Positions 42,159 to 57,279 of a stretch of 64,000 nt of DNA are shown piece by piece. The position numbers were made by a program, and so were the translations under genes. Position 1 is the stretch's first letter, and every line of letters starts with the position of its first letter. The stretch lies in the NCBI RefSeq assembly GCF_009914755.1, contig NC_060935.1. The stretch is one strand, 5' to 3'. The notes under the pieces are model-generated. The model saw nothing but the letters and a program-made list of their open reading frames with translations, was not told the DNA's origin and made no database searches. This DNA is from the human T2T-CHM13v2.0 reference genome, Homo sapiens.

Positions 42159-43224
42159 GGAGAGAGAGAAAATTTCACTCCCTCCATAAATCTCACAGTA
42201 TTCTTTTCTTTTTCCTTTCCTTTCCTTGCTCTTCTTTCTCTCCTATTGCTTTCCTTTCATTTCCTTCTCATAAAAGAAAAATAACAATATAGAAAATAAC
42301 AAAATATAGATGGTCAACCTTTTTAATATTAAGGTTACCTAAAATGCCATTATCCAAAGTGGTTCTCTAGAGATGCTGATGTATATACTTACATATTTTA
42401 CAGTGTATTCAAATAAAGAGTATATTACATAAGACATATCCTTTTGTAACCAACTTTTGTCATTAACAATTTACTGGACTTGTCAACAAACCTAAATCTG
42501 TATCGTCTATAATGGCTACGTTCATTTTGGTATGAATCTTAATTACCCCTTTCTGCATTATTTAATGATTTTCTCATATGTCACTCTTAAATGTACTTCT
42601 AATTTTTCACTTTACATCACATAATGAATGGATCCAAATATGTTATGGATAGATATCTTCAAACTTTCTACTTACAAGTAGTGATAATAACAGATGTTCT
42701 CTCTAAAGTGTAGTTGGTATCAATTTTACTGACCTTTAAAAATATCTTAATGGGACAAAGTTCAAATATTTGATGACCAGCTATCGTGACCTTTATCTCT
42801 GTGGCTCTGTGGGCCTGTAGTTTTTACGTGCTTTTAGTGTATCATGATTAAATATTTTGTTTTAGTAAAGACACCATTATTTCCCAACTTCATATTCAAA
42901 TTGTCAAAGGTATTAATCCTAGAGCAGAACTCTCAAAAGCACCAACTCTGATTCCTAACAAAGCATGGAAAAGCCCTCTCTCTGAGTTTCAGATACTCTT
43001 TTTTGTGGGGGTTGAGTTTCACTTTATTTAAAGTGAGTCTTATTCCTCCAACAAGTCAACAAGTGATTGGCTGGAATCACACGTATTGGAAAACCAGCGG
43101 AAGAGTAAGTCTTTGCATTTTATGCTACTGTACCTCTGAGATTAATTGCTCTTTCCCTCATTGGCCAGTCACTCTTAGTGTGTGATTAATGCCTGAGACT
43201 GTGTGAAGTAAGAGATGGATCAGA

Positions 43225-43518
43225 GGCCGGGCGCGGGGGCTCGCGCCTGTCATCCCAGCGCTTTGGGCGGCCGAGGCGGGCGGATCACGAGGTCAGGAGA
43301 TCGAGACCATCCCGGCTAACACGGGGAAACCCCGTCTCCACTAAAAATACAAAAAGTTAGCCGGGCGCGGTGGCGGGCGCCTGCGGTCCCAGCTGCTGGG
43401 GAGGCCGAGGCGGGAGCATGGCGGGAACCGGGAGGCGGAGCCTGCAGTGAGCCGAGATGGCGCCACCGCACTCCAGCCTGGGCGACCCAGCGAGACTCCG
43501 CCTCAAAAAAAAAAAAAG
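43225..43518 (+). mobile_element. AluY with extreme AT-to-GC substitution bias
   Basis: AluY diagnostics (GGATCACGAGGTCAGGAGATCGAGACCATCC, ATGGCG.GAACC), poly-A tail, and imperfect TSD AGAT(G/T)GATCAGA. Confidence 0.95.
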
Positions 43519-43784
43519 AAGATTGATCAGAGAGTACATCCTCTAAGGGTACATGCAGATAAATACAATTAAGGCTATTAGCATTTCAAATACGGTGACT
43601 GTTTCTTACGTGGACGACGTTGTGTTGAACATGGGTGAGTAAGACTGAAGCAGCCGTAATTACTGCACGATGCGCATGGTAAAGAAGCACTCCGTTACGG
43701 AAATTATATTCTTTGCCCCTCTAATCCTTCACTCCACCTGCCATATTCCCACATGATTTTTTTCTTTGCTGTTCTTGTCTAATA

Positions 43785-43885
43785 GTTATTAATAATTAAT
43801 AAATAACTTATGATCTAATTGTTATTAATAATTAATAACTTATCATCACATGATTTATTAATAAATTAATAAATAACTTATGATC
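43785..43885. repeat. AT-rich imperfect tandem repeat
   Basis: TTATTAATAATTAATAAATAACTTATGATC-like units, three copies. Confidence 0.8.
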
Positions 43886-44088
43886 ACCGCATTTCCCCAA
43901 TTCATTTATCTTTCTTTCATTTTCTCTCTTTGTGTGTTTTCTGTCTTCATATTTCAGCACTTGCCACATATTTCCCACAAAATCATTTATGGTCAAACAA
44001 CACTTCAACGTGTAGCATTTGTATTTCTCAATTCTTCCTCACTTTCTTCCTTCAGAATACTAAAGCTTCTTCTCTACTGACTGAGTCA

Positions 44089-45010
44089 ATGGCCAATGGA
44101 TAGAGTAAATAATTCTGCGGTATCTAAATTTGTATTGATTGGACTTTCAAGCTCTTGGGAGATGCATCCTTTTCTTTTTTGGTTCTTCTCTGTGTTCTAC
44201 ATGGGAATTATCCTGGAAAATCTCTTCATTGTGTTCACAGTAATTATTGACTCTCATTTAAATTCCCCAGGTACTGCCTACTGGCCAACATTTATCTTCT
44301 TGATCTGGGTCTTCTCCTACAGTTCTGACTTTTTCACTAACTGCAGCATCATTTCTTTTCCAAGATGCATGATACAGATATTTTTCATTTGTGTCATGCG
44401 TAAAAATTGAGATGGTGCTGCTCATAACCATGGCATAGAGCAGGTACACTGCCAATCTGTAAGCCTCCCCATTACCTGACCACAATGAACCCCAAAATGT
44501 GTGTTTACTTTGTTGGAGGCATCCTGGATAGTCAGGATAATCCATGCTGTATCTCAGTTTGTTTTTGCCATAAACTTGCCTTTTTGTGGCCCTAATAGAG
44601 TAGGTAGTTTTCACTGTGATTTTCCTTATGTCATGAAACTTGCTTGTGTAGACACTTACAAACTAGAGGTTGTAGTCACTGCTAACAGTGGGCTTATATC
44701 CATAGCTACCTGTTTCTTATTAATAATATCCTATATTTTCATTTCGGTAACCGTCTAGAATCCTTCTTCAGGAGACTTATCTAAAGCATTTGTGTCATGT
44801 TAGATCACATCACAGTAGGGATTTTGTTTTTTATGCCATGTATATTTCTCTATGTGTAGCCTTTGCCTAAAACAACACATGATTAATATTTGTTCATTGT
44901 TCCTTTTGCTATCACCCCTGTCTAGGATCTACACATTAAGAAACAAAGACATGAACGTCTCCATGGAAAGACTGGGAAAATGGATTGCAGGTTCTAGCAG
45001 GATGTCATAA
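44089..45010 (+). pseudogene. Olfactory receptor OR4G pseudogene, multiply disabled (OR4G4P/OR4G3P/OR4G6P-type paralog)
   Basis: MDRVNNSAVSKFVLIGLS..., ICKP, LPFCGPN..SFHCDFPYVMKLAC and YTLRNKDM segments distributed over several frames, with stops and deletions. Confidence 0.93.
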
Positions 45011-46354
45011 TAAATGGTGCATATCCAGAGTGCAAGATGATTCAGTCTCACCAAGAACACTGAAAGTCACACGGCTACCAGCATTATTGTGATAAGAACT
45101 ACTATTTTGGGAGATAGTTTAGCAAAGGTGCCATGTAGAAATTGATTAAGTCAGAGGTATCTTTAACTTGCCACCACAGAGAAGAGATTAATTTCATATA
45201 CTTCCATTGAGAAGAGAGATAAGAATACAAAACCAAGCTGATTTGCAGGAGTAAACTTGATATTCAAATACTATTTCCTGAATGACATTTTCTGAGACAT
45301 GCTAATTGTAATTACTTTCAGCTTCAAAACATAATAAATTTATCTCATAGTAAGCATATAGATGGAATAAATAAAATGTGAACTTAGGTAAATTATAAAT
45401 TAATAAAGTATATTTTTAAAATTTCCATTTTAATTTCTGTTTAAATTAGAATAAGAAACAAAAACAACTATGTAATACGTGTGCAAAGCCCTGAACTGAG
45501 ATTTGACTTTACCTTGAGCTTTGTCAGTTTACGATGCTATTTCAGTTTTGTGCTCAGATTTGAGTGATTGCAGGAAGAGAATAAATTTCTTTAATGCTGT
45601 CAAGACTTTAAATAGATACAGACAGAGCATTTTCACTTTTTCCTACATCTCTATTATTCTAAAAATGAGAACATTCCAAAAGTCAATCATCCAAGTTTAT
45701 TCTAAATAGATGTGTAGAAATAACAGTTGTTTCACAGGAGACTAATCGCCCAAGGATATGTGTTTAGAGGTACTGGTTTCTTAAATAAGGTTTTCTAGTC
45801 AGGCAAAAGATTCCCTGGAGCTTATGCATCTGTGGTTGATATTTTGGGATAAGAATAAAGCTAGACATGGTGAGGCATATTCAATTTCATTGAAGATTTC
45901 TGCATTCAAAATAAAAACTCTATTGAAGTTACAGATACTTTTTTCATGTATTTGTTTCTACTGCTTTGTAAATTATAACAGCTCAATTAAGAGAAACCGT
46001 ACCTATGCTATTTTGTCCTGTGACTCTCCAAGAACCTTCCTAAGTTATTCTACTTAATTGCTTTATCACTCATATGAATGGGAATTTCTTCTCTTAATTG
46101 CTGCTAATCTCCCCCATCTTCATATACTCTACCGGGCTTCTGGAACACCACAGCTTCCTGGCTTTTTCTCCTACCTCCTGGGCAAGTCCTTCCCTGTGTC
46201 TTTTGTTGAGTGTTCCTCATCTGCTTAACCACCAATCAACCTATTGCCCCTAATTTGATCTTTGGCCTGTTTTCACTTAGATTCTATCCCTACGTATCAC
46301 CCATTCCCACAGCTTTAATTACCATCTAAACACTAGGGGCTCTCAAACCTTCTA

Positions 46355-46547
46355 TTTTTTCTTTCTTTCTTTCTTTCTTCCTTCCTCCTTTTCTTTCCTT
46401 TTCTTTCTTTCATTCTTTCTTTCTTTTTTAAGGGGCAGGGTCTCACTATGTTGCTGAGGCTGGTCTCAAACTCCTGACCTCAAGCAATCTGTCTGCTTCA
46501 GCCTCCCAAGTAGCTGAGAATACAGGGACAAGCCATTGCACCTGACC
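46355..46547 (-). mobile_element. Alu monomer (FLAM-like) with (CTTT)n tail
   Basis: GGGTCTCACTATGTTG...GGCTGGTCTCAAACTCCTGACCTCAAGCAATC... Confidence 0.85.
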
Positions 46548-49054
46548 CTGGTACTATTTCTTGAGTTCCTGATCCACAGATCTAACCTCCTACTTTCCTG
46601 GATGCCACACAAGATCTTCCACTCAACAAGTCTGCAACTAAACTAGGCTTCCTCTTTTCAAACCTACTCTTCTTTCAGTGTTCTCAGTCACAATAATTTG
46701 TACCAACTAGTTACCTAGTTGCACAACCCAAAATCTGGGGAAAATAATAGATTTCTTTCTCCATAGTACCCCAAAATCAATAAATCATCAAGTCTTATTC
46801 TACCTTCCAAAGAGCCTTACATATGTTCCTTTATTTTCATCTGTAACACCACTATTCCTGTCTAAGCCTACCTATGTCATTTTTGGAAGAGAATATAGTC
46901 ACCTATGCGATCTTCCCACTTAAAATCCTATTATCTACGCTTCAGTAAAAGAAAAAAAATTTTTAATCTAAGTATGTAATTCTTTTGCTAAAGACACTTC
47001 ACATGCTTCTGTGCCCTTAAACTGGTATGTTATCATCGTATAGTAGGCCATCCAAGACCTGGCTTCCTTCCTTTTTTTCAGTCTCAGAGAATAACATACT
47101 CTTTCCCTGCAACTCCAGATCCAATTTGGTTTTCTTTTACTTGCCTGGAAACTTCAAATTCTATCAACTCTGGGGCTTTCCACTAGCTAATCATTTTGTA
47201 TACAATATTCGTCCTTCATGTTTTGCCTCTTAACATCTCAGCTTTCAGTTTCATCATTTTACCAGGGAGGCCTCCCAGAACCTGAGTCCAGAAGAGTTCC
47301 TTCCATTGTATATTCCTCTAGCACTACCTATTACCTCTTTTGTAAGACTAACAGCCCTCAAAATTTTTCATTCAGTGATGTCTTCCTCATTGCATTTTAA
47401 GTTCAACATGAGCAGGACTTTGTCATGTTCACCTCTATCACATCATAAATATAGCAAAGAGTAAAACTATTGCAACATGACTAATGTATTGAACGATGCT
47501 TCAGCTTTCTTCTTACGTTCAATCACAGGTCATACGACTAAAGAACTTCCTTTTTAATCTCCTTTTCTATTCTCAATTAATTTCCTCTGCCTGCATCACC
47601 TCAAGTCTCTGGGGTGAAATCCACTAATGAATTCCTTTTGCAGCTTAAGCCAATTCCAATCTTGAGCCAATCTCAGGTGAAGAAGCCTGTAAATTATCAC
47701 TCTCAGTCCTCTCTTGTACTACTAGGTCTCATGAACTCTTCATTAACAACTCCAGCTTCTCTGTTAGCCCAAAAGCCTTTTGCTGCCTAGAAAACCCATG
47801 ATTCATGCCTCAGGAAACAGCCTTCAAATCACAACATGTTCTGTATCTGGCTGGCCAACTCCCTGCAACTTATTTCTGCCTAGATGCTCCCTCATTCATT
47901 TCAATATGCTGTTCGGCCTGCTACCCCAGTTTCCCACTTAGAACAATGGCACACAGGACAGGAGCACATTGGCACATCAGAATGACTTATGTACTGCTCA
48001 TTGTGTTGCAGAAGAGACCTCTGTGGGGGCAATAGAACAGATTTTCCTCTCACGTCACTGTAGTTGTGGTTTCCCTAAGCACCTACACTGTTTTACCTCA
48101 TCTTAGGTAGACAATAATCCATGTAACTGACTGTGTATCCTAATTTTAAAAAATATTTCTGCCCACATTATTCTGCAGTTTTTATCTTGCTTACGTATTT
48201 TTGGAATGTTACTATTTTTCAAAAATTAATTTGGGATCAACCAACATTTCTTATTCTGCTGCTGTTCTAGAGAAAATCATTTTCCTCATTTCTGAACAAG
48301 AGAAAATGAAATACAGCTCTAAACAAATGCCACTGTAAACCAAGGTGGAGCCTTTGCACTTTCAGGCCACCATGATAACCTGGAGATTAGATTTTTCTGT
48401 GTCTTTACATCAATAATAAAGCCAAGCTTCTCCAGGGGTATCCACTAGGCTTGTCTCAATGGCTCAATACAGGTCCTTTTGTGAATGATTACCTCACCCT
48501 CATGGAAACACACTCTTGTTACAGAAACTCAGAATGATTCTATTTTTTCTTTTATATTTGTATATGTTTTTCCAATACCTCTGAAAAAAATGATCCAAAA
48601 AAAAATACAAATTTTAATTGTAGCCAGTCAATTCAGGAAGGACAAAGGTCAAAAACTTTCAAAGAAACCTTCAACCCCAACACACTAAACTTTGGGAGCA
48701 CAGGTTGGCATCCAGAGGTAAACATTTGCTATAACTGATAACAGGAGAAGGATCCATTTATTCACCTGTTATCAATTACAGGCATTGTATTTAAAGATCA
48801 GATGTTTTATATTTATTTCTTCAAATTTCATTCATGGTGCCATAAGTGAAGGTATGTCTGTCCACCCTGAATATATTTTCACTCCCTCATCTCAGTCATT
48901 CCGAACAATTCACACACTAAGATTACCCATGCTAAATGGGGATTCTTTTTTACTAGCCAATGTAGTACCTCAAATCCTTCCTTCCTTCCCCCTATTTCAT
49001 CAGCAGGCAATTCTTTTGATACTTTTGTCAAGGGGAAATTGTGTGACTCAGAGA

Positions 49055-49263
49055 TCTAGTCCCCAAGAGAAACTAATAATGGGCTGGGTATTGTCTGTCT
49101 CAGCAGCATCAGTGGGTCCCTCTCCTGTGCAGCTAATTAGCTTCCTTTCCAATATGAAGAATCTTATATATAGCTTTGTCTTTGGGGTATTACATAAATG
49201 AAGATTAAGCTATCTGAATTTCTCCTTCTCCTAAAAATGCACATCCTATGCCTGAAAAGACAG
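49055..49263 (+). promoter_or_regulatory. Candidate OR promoter and first exon for the second OR4G copy
   Basis: O/E(EBF)-like TCCCCAAGAGA (49060-49070), palindromic homeodomain site CTAATTAG (49133-49140), and an exon ending CAG|GTAAAA at 49263. A further AG/GT exon at 50310-50466 and the acceptor before 54849 match my recollection of the OR4G11P transcript. Confidence 0.5.
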
Positions 49264-51145
49264 GTAAAAGAGATGCTTTTAATTACAAAACTTTCCCTGT
49301 CGTGGTTGCTTCTCTCTATCCTTCTAAACTCCCTTTCAATTTCTTCTCTTCTGTAACATATTTGTGCCCAAAATCTTCTGCTTTCTGAAATATTTTATCT
49401 TTTTCTTCCACACTATCTCTTATTTTCAAATTTTAATCATTAAATTATATTATGTCTTATAAAACTAATCCCACATATAAACCCCTATGATAATTTCAGT
49501 TTGTCCCTAGTATGAAGTTCTTTAAAGATGTGTAGTTTTCTAACTTTCATGCTCTCCAATTCATTATAAACTTCATTTTCCACTCTGAAAAGGAGATGTC
49601 TGATCTCATCTATTTCCATCCTATTTGAAAACCAGATTTAGTTTTAAACCAGAGGAAGGGAATCTCAAGTCTTTACCTCCCACAGTCTGGTGTGATTCTC
49701 TCTCTTTTGGTATTACCTTCCTCCACATTGGAACACTCCAGCCAATGCATAGGCTGAGAGGCTATCTCAGATTCAGAAAGATTTGGCCTCATCCCAGGGG
49801 AGGGTACAGAGGAGCTGATGGCTATGAATTCTGAAATGGAACTGTTCCAGGTTGAAGAAATAAGAAAGGGAATTGGGAAGAGCAATGCCCAGTGAAAAAG
49901 AAGAAATAATATTTTAGGAAGTGAATGCTAATTTTATTTTAAACAAAATAAGAACTCAGGGAATAAGAGGGTTCTTCCAATAGGTTAGAGTGATCCTGTC
50001 AAACATATATGCTTCTAGATTTTTTTAAAGACTGTTTCTACCAAGAAAGCATAGACCACTATTGAGAAAGATCATTAAACTGGAATTTAGGAGATCTGCC
50101 TTCTGATTCTGACTTCTTGAATGTATTGTTAGCCATTTAACCACACTGTGTTGTTTCTCATTCTACCTGTAGAATCTCAAAGTTCTTTCCCACTTCTATA
50201 CAAAACTATAATTCTGAACATCCTTTTTGTTTAATATAAGTCTGCATTTCCTGTTTGAAGATATGTGTCCCAGACCCTAAATGACTGACAAATTTTAAAT
50301 CTCCAATAGGAAAGATGACAAACTCTATGGAAACTTGGCTTCTGAAGAACTCCTAGAAGCTTTCCAAAGTCATCAGTGTTTCCTAAGAAGGCAGAGAAAT
50401 CAAACACATGGTCTTTTCCTCTAGACAAGCTCCTTTGGGTCATCAGGATTTCTTCAACAATAAAATGTAATAATTCCAAATGTTTGTAACAGAATGGGTA
50501 GGACTTTCTTCACTTATTTAAATACTCCCTTTTTTATGCAACTGAGTTTTCATCAACAAGTACAAGCTTGTGAAGGAGTACTTTAAAATGCAATTTCTCT
50601 CTATTTTTGTGGGGGCTAATATTTTATTTCTCATATTGACAATTTATTATGCTGTTTTTAGAAAGTTCATTCATCAAGTATTTCTTGAGCTTTTTCTATG
50701 AGACAGGCACTGTTTTAGGCAAGTAATTATGCACTGAACAATGCAAAAAGTTTCCCTGCACTCATGGACTTTAATTTTACATTTATGAAAAGCTACAAAT
50801 ATTAGAATAAGTAAAATACTGCCTGGAGGCTAAAGCATATTTTGATCACTTATTCCCTAATTCTTTTCGAAGAGAACTCACCTGTCGGTTAGCTGAACCA
50901 CTGCCAGTGATATCCAACTATACATTCAATCCCACCATACCTCATTATCACACCTATTCACTCACAAGCTTAAACTCTTAACTTTTCTCCACATATCAGT
51001 GACTATTTCCTACAGCTTTTCTTTTACTTTCCATGTTTGCAGTGACAATATACATAAACAGTGTATGAAAACTCAAGTAAAATCTACTCTCTCAGGTGTT
51101 CATAATGCATCAATGTATATTGCTTTAAGCCTGAAGGTAACCTAA

Positions 51146-51524
<379 letters not shown>

Positions 51525-52301
51525 AGGATTCTTTCTTATTCCTTCCCCTGACCCTTCTTTTATTCTCCAAATTTCTTTCCAATTCATCTTTGTTCTTCCC
51601 TTTCCTTTTTACTCTCTTTAAACATTCTATGGACTCTGCCTCCTTCACACTGATATTGAACGCCCATAGTTTCATATTTTGGATTGCGATTGTTTTATTT
51701 TAAAATGGCAAATGTTCATGTTATAAAGAGAATTTTTCAGTCTTTAGACTAATAGGTTCATGTAGTTTGGGATTTTCCTCTTTAAGAAAATTAATTATCA
51801 CTCACACTCCAAGACAAACACCATTTCAGTAGCAATATGAATTTCAGTAGTAATAGGAATCTCCAAATATGACAAAGTAATTCAGACATTAATTGCTTTT
51901 GTTTTGGAATTGCTCTTATAAGATGAAATATCACTTTCATGATGAGAGTCCTAGAGTGCTTGGTTTATATATTGTATCTTAGTTTTAACAGGATAAAACA
52001 CTTGATCCTAAGCAGTAAACATGATTCTTCAGCTTCAACTTCATTTCTTTATAAATAACTATTTATGAATTGGTGTTGAGCTTAGTAAGTCACCAAACAC
52101 CTTCTGCTCAGCAGCATAAAGGACATTTCCATGAAACCTCCCAGGGATAATCTTATTTACTCTATAATGTTTCCCGGGTTCAATTCCTCTCCCAAAATCC
52201 TTTGCTCTTAAGCCCCTATGATCTGGGTGATCTAAATATGGGTAAGAAGTCCAGGGATAGCACTATGAATGAAGTGAAAATAGTAAAACATAGTTAAAAA
52301 T

Positions 52302-52618
52302 GTACAGATGCTCTCTGACTTATAATAGGGTTATGTCCTGATAAATCCATCATAAGTCAAAAATGCATTTAATATTCCTAATGTACCTCACATCATAGTT
52401 TGGCCTAGCCTACCTTAAATGTGCTCAGAACACTTTCATTAGCTTATATAAGATCACCTAATACAAAGCCTATTTTATAATAAAATATTGAATAGCTCAC
52501 GTAATATACTGACTACTATACTCAAGTACAGTTTCTTCTGAATGCATGTCACTTTCTCACCATTGTAAAGTCAAACAATTATAAGTCAAACTATCACAAG
52601 CCAGGGACCATCCATATG
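52302..52618. mobile_element. Tigger-derived MITE (MER47-like)
   Basis: TACAGATGCTCTCTGACTTATAATAGGGTTATGTCCTGATAAA...ATAAGTCAAACTATCACAAGCCAGGGACCATC termini. Confidence 0.65.
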
Positions 52619-53785
52619 TATTTCATTCAGAAAATGCTGGAAAGAGCATTTAGGAGAATATCTAGATGAGAGAAGGTAGAAAGCCATGCACAAATTCACT
52701 GAGAGTTTAAAAAAATGCATGCATATTGTGGAGATAGAAATCAAATCTATTTGTTTCCATCTGCTGTATTCTTCCCAAAATATTATCTCTTCTTATCCCA
52801 TTGTACTATATTGCATTTCTTTGACCATTTATTGTGTATCTCTTAATATTTCCCACTTCATCATTACTAACCTCACTCACTCTGAACTTGATGAGAGCAC
52901 CTGAGCATTAATTTTTCTTATAATTATTTAATGATTACCAGAATTCGTTCAGTATGGCCAGCTCTGGTCAAAGTGAGGCAGGCAAGATGCTTTGTCAACT
53001 GCCTGGATGGAATGTCTCAAAAGGTTTCCATTTCATGGTAGCATTATGCAAAGTTCAAGACGTTTAATCAAGACCCTTCACTTACTTAACTATACCTCCT
53101 TGAGAATCCCATCTATGAAAAAATTCTAGTCATTATAAAAATGATTGATTAAATGAGGGAAGTAGTAGAGTTCTTCATTTCTTTAGTTGGTTTAGTCTCC
53201 TATGAGTCAATCCTAGTTTTCAAAATTCTTAATAAACCATTTATTCCTTCAACTTTCTATGCCATTTGATGTTTTGTAAAAAAAAAATATAATATGTATA
53301 CAAAAAGATATTTCAAAATCTAGAAAGAGAGCTTTAGAGCTTTGTAAAGCTCTTTTAAAAATCAAAAGCAACTACTGTTAATTAACATGTTGTACTATGC
53401 AATTTCTTTACCATTATTACTCTTAGTATTTTTAAGAAAAGTCTTTCCATTGTTATTATAAATGCTTCTATTGATATTTATTTTAATAACTGTTATTACA
53501 GTCCGTCATGTACATACACTATACTTAAACCTAATGTTTGGTATTTAAATCGTTTCAAGATTTTATCACTGTCAACAAAGTATGATGAATATTTTTATGC
53601 TGAAAACTTCTGTAAAAATAGAATTCCAAGACTATTATTGCACCAAAAGGCATGGACTTAAAATTCTTGATACATGATTTCAAAATATTTTCTTTAAGGT
53701 TTGAATCAGTCTATATTCCCTCCAGCAGCGTATAAAAGTGCCAATTTCTCTGATCCTTAGCCAGTTTGGGTAATAAAAATTGTAA

Positions 53786-54089
<304 letters not shown>

Positions 54090-54881
54090 TGTAAAACTTT
54101 TTCCTAATGTAACAGAAACATAATAGTATTACATTTTATCATATTTCTTTGATTTCTAAGACACACATACACACACACACACACATATCTGTATATACAA
54201 ATACACGTATAGCTTACATTTTAATTCTTCCTTCATTTCATTTGTTCATTTATTAGGTCTTGGAGATTTTGTGAAACTGTTTAAATTCTTTTTTATACTA
54301 TGAAGATATCAACCTTTTGTCTCTACAGCATTTCAAATTCAAGTATGATTCACGTGTTAGTTTGGGGTAGATCATTATAGGCACATGTAGGAAACAGCTT
54401 TCAGAGATGCCTTAACCGTAATTATGCATTTGTATTCTAATTTTTATTTAATGTTATTATTGATTGCATTTTTAAAGATTCTGTATTTTTTAAACCATTT
54501 ATTTGTATATATTGGTATACAATCTTGCCATTTTCTGGGATTTCATATTTCCTTATTTTTGTTTTTTACCTTTTTTGGCTTGAATTTTTTGAGTTTTTAT
54601 GCATTCTTTTCCAGTTTCTTAAGATGCTAATAAGTTCATCTATTTGAGCAATTGAGAACATTTAAAGCAATAGACTGCCTCTGAGCACAGCTTTGTCCAT
54701 ATTACATTAACCTTTTATACCCTGGGTTCCCACTAGTTTTTAAATAATCTACTATCAAATAAAAGATTTGTTAATAATAAATTTTAAATCATTAACACTT
54801 AACGCATTATTTTCAGTCACACTAAGTTGATTCCTTCGTTTCTTTCAGGTTGCTTCACAGTCTTCCCTTCTATCTGATTCA

Positions 54882-55820
54882 GTGGACCAAGTAAATGACT
54901 CTCTGGTAACAGAATTTGTATTACTTGGACTTGCACAATCCTTGGAAATGCAGTTTTTCCTTTTTCTCTTCTTCTCTTTATTCTATGTGGGAATTATCCT
55001 GGGAAACCTCTTCATTGTGTTCACAGTGATCTTTGATCCTCACTTACACTCCCCCATGTATATTCTGCTGGCCAACCTATCGCTCATTGACTTGAGCCTT
55101 TCATCTACCACAGTTCCTAGGTTGATCTACGATCTTTTTACTGATTGTAAAGTTATTTCCTTCCATAATTGTATGATACAAAAGTTCTTTATCCATGTTA
55201 CGGGAGGAGTTGAAATGGTGCTGCTGATAGTCATGGCATATGATAGGTACACTGCGATCTGCAAACCTCTCCACTATCCAACTATTATGAATCCCAAAAT
55301 GTGCATGTTTTTGGTAGCAGCAGCTTGGGTCATTGGGGTGATTCATGCTATGTCTCAGTTTGTTTTTGTCATAAATTTACCCTTCTGTGGCCCTAATAAT
55401 GTGGGGAGCTTTTATTGTGATTTTCCTCGGGTTATTAAACTTGCATGCATGGACACTTATGGGCTAGAATTTGTGGTCACTGCCAACAGTGGATTCATAT
55501 CGATGGGCACCTTCTTTTTCTTAATTGTATCATACATTTTTATTCTGGTCACTGTCCAACGACATTCCTCAAATGATTTATCCAAAGCATTCTTCACTTC
55601 GTAGGCTCACATCACCGTAGTGGTTTTGTTTTTTGCTCCATGCATGTTTCTCTACGTGTGGCCTTTCCCTACTAAGTCATTGGATAAATTTTTTGCCATC
55701 ATGAACTTTGTTGTCACCCCTGTCTTAAATCCTGCCATCTATACTTTAAGGAACAAAGATATGAAGTTTGCAATGAGAAGGCTGAATCAACATATTTTAA
55801 ATTCTATGGAGATGACATAA
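54882..55820 (+). pseudogene. Olfactory receptor OR4G pseudogene, nearly intact (OR4G11P/OR4G1P/OR4G2P-type paralog)
   Basis: A 313-codon single frame with [26 protein letters not shown] and PAIYTLRNKDM motifs. The only evident lesions are a GTG start and TAG at 55602-55604 (KAFFTS*AH). Confidence 0.95.
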
Positions 55821-56358
55821 CACATTTGGTTGATGAGAGCACAGGATAAATGCCATGGACCATCAAGACTCCTGTGATCACCATGATCACTATGGAACGC
55901 GCACATTTTTAGTATTGCCTGAAAAAACTGAAAAATCTGCAAAAAGGATGCATTAAATCTAAGAATTGTATTTCAGATAAAGTTGCAACATTTTTTGTTA
56001 ATCATAAAAAGTATATATTTCTATCTAATGTGTGTATCTAATTAACAGCAATGACTATCTTTAATTTTGATGTAGTTATTTTATATCTGTATATAAGCAC
56101 ATACACATATATATGACCTAGGTTTATTTATCAGTATTTTTATGCTGATAATAAGCATCACTGGAAATTAATTTTCTTATGGAAATTATGTGGATCCAAT
56201 GGATAAAATATGAGTTTATATAAATTAGTAAATGCCAAAATCAAGGAAGAAACAATTTTTATTTTAATTGTACTTTAAGTTAGATAAATGGTAAGGTCAA
56301 CAGCTTGTTACAACCCTTAAGTATTATTTTCAGGCTGATTGTCAATATGTTTTGTACA

Positions 56359-56599
56359 ATGTTCTCACTTATAGGTGGGAATTGAACAATGAGAACACAT
56401 GGACACAGGAAGGGGAACATCACACACCGGGGCCTGTTGTGGGGTGGGGGGAAGGGGGAGGGATAGCATTAGGAGATATAACTAGTGTTAAATGACGAGT
56501 TAATGGGTGCAGCACACCCACATGGCACATGTATACATATGTAACAAACCTGCACATTGTGCACATGTACCCTAGAACTTAAAGTATAATAAAAAAAAA
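56359..56599 (+). mobile_element. L1PA 3' end fragment
   Basis: ATGTTCTCACTTATAGGTGGGAATTGAACAATGAG...CCCTAGAACTTAAAGTATAATAAAAA. Confidence 0.95.
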
Positions 56600-57279
56600 T
56601 AGACTCTAGTACTCTGTATTATGCAAAATTTGTCTATGTTACACTTTTTTAACAACACAATCCTATTGCCCTTGAAATCTTCTTCAAAGCATTTCTCGAG
56701 TCACTCTTAAAAAGCATCTACAACCTAAAAGTATAGGAAGAGATTTATTTCCTGGAGAAGAGACTCCATTGAGATCTTAAAAGCACATTTAATGTGCCTG
56801 TGCTTAACTTAAGGTGCTTAGGACAAAGAAGGCGATTGACATCTTTCAGGTAAAACCTGTTAAGTTTGGTGGTCAAGGAACACAACTGAGACATCACTTG
56901 GATGTATTTCTATGACTATTTTAAGAAACATAAATTGTGGTGACTCACTCAGCTCACTTTTAACTACTGCATGGTAATTAAAGATGCAAAATAAAATAAG
57001 TTACAAGAAGTGAGGTTTTTTATTGGTTAAAGCAATTTTTCTATATTTTCTCCACAAGTTGGTCATAAAAGTTCTAAGCATTCCTCTTTTTATAAAATCG
57101 AAGCATTATTACTTACTCTCTTGTTAACCTATCTGGATTTTAATTTTGTAACTTTATTATATTTGTTTTGCTGTGATTCTTTAAAAAGCACCTTTAGACT
57201 CAGTGAGATAGCAAAAATATCCAAATAGGCCAAAAAATTGTGGCAATGTCCTCTCACTCAGGAAAATTCTGTGTGTTTT

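Noticed and set aside
43267-43413. PRDM9 13-mer explaining the GC-biased Alu
   Set aside because: The antisense CCGCCTCGGCC(G/T)C copies mismatch CCNCCNTNNCCNC at the central T, and similar sequence is common to Alus.
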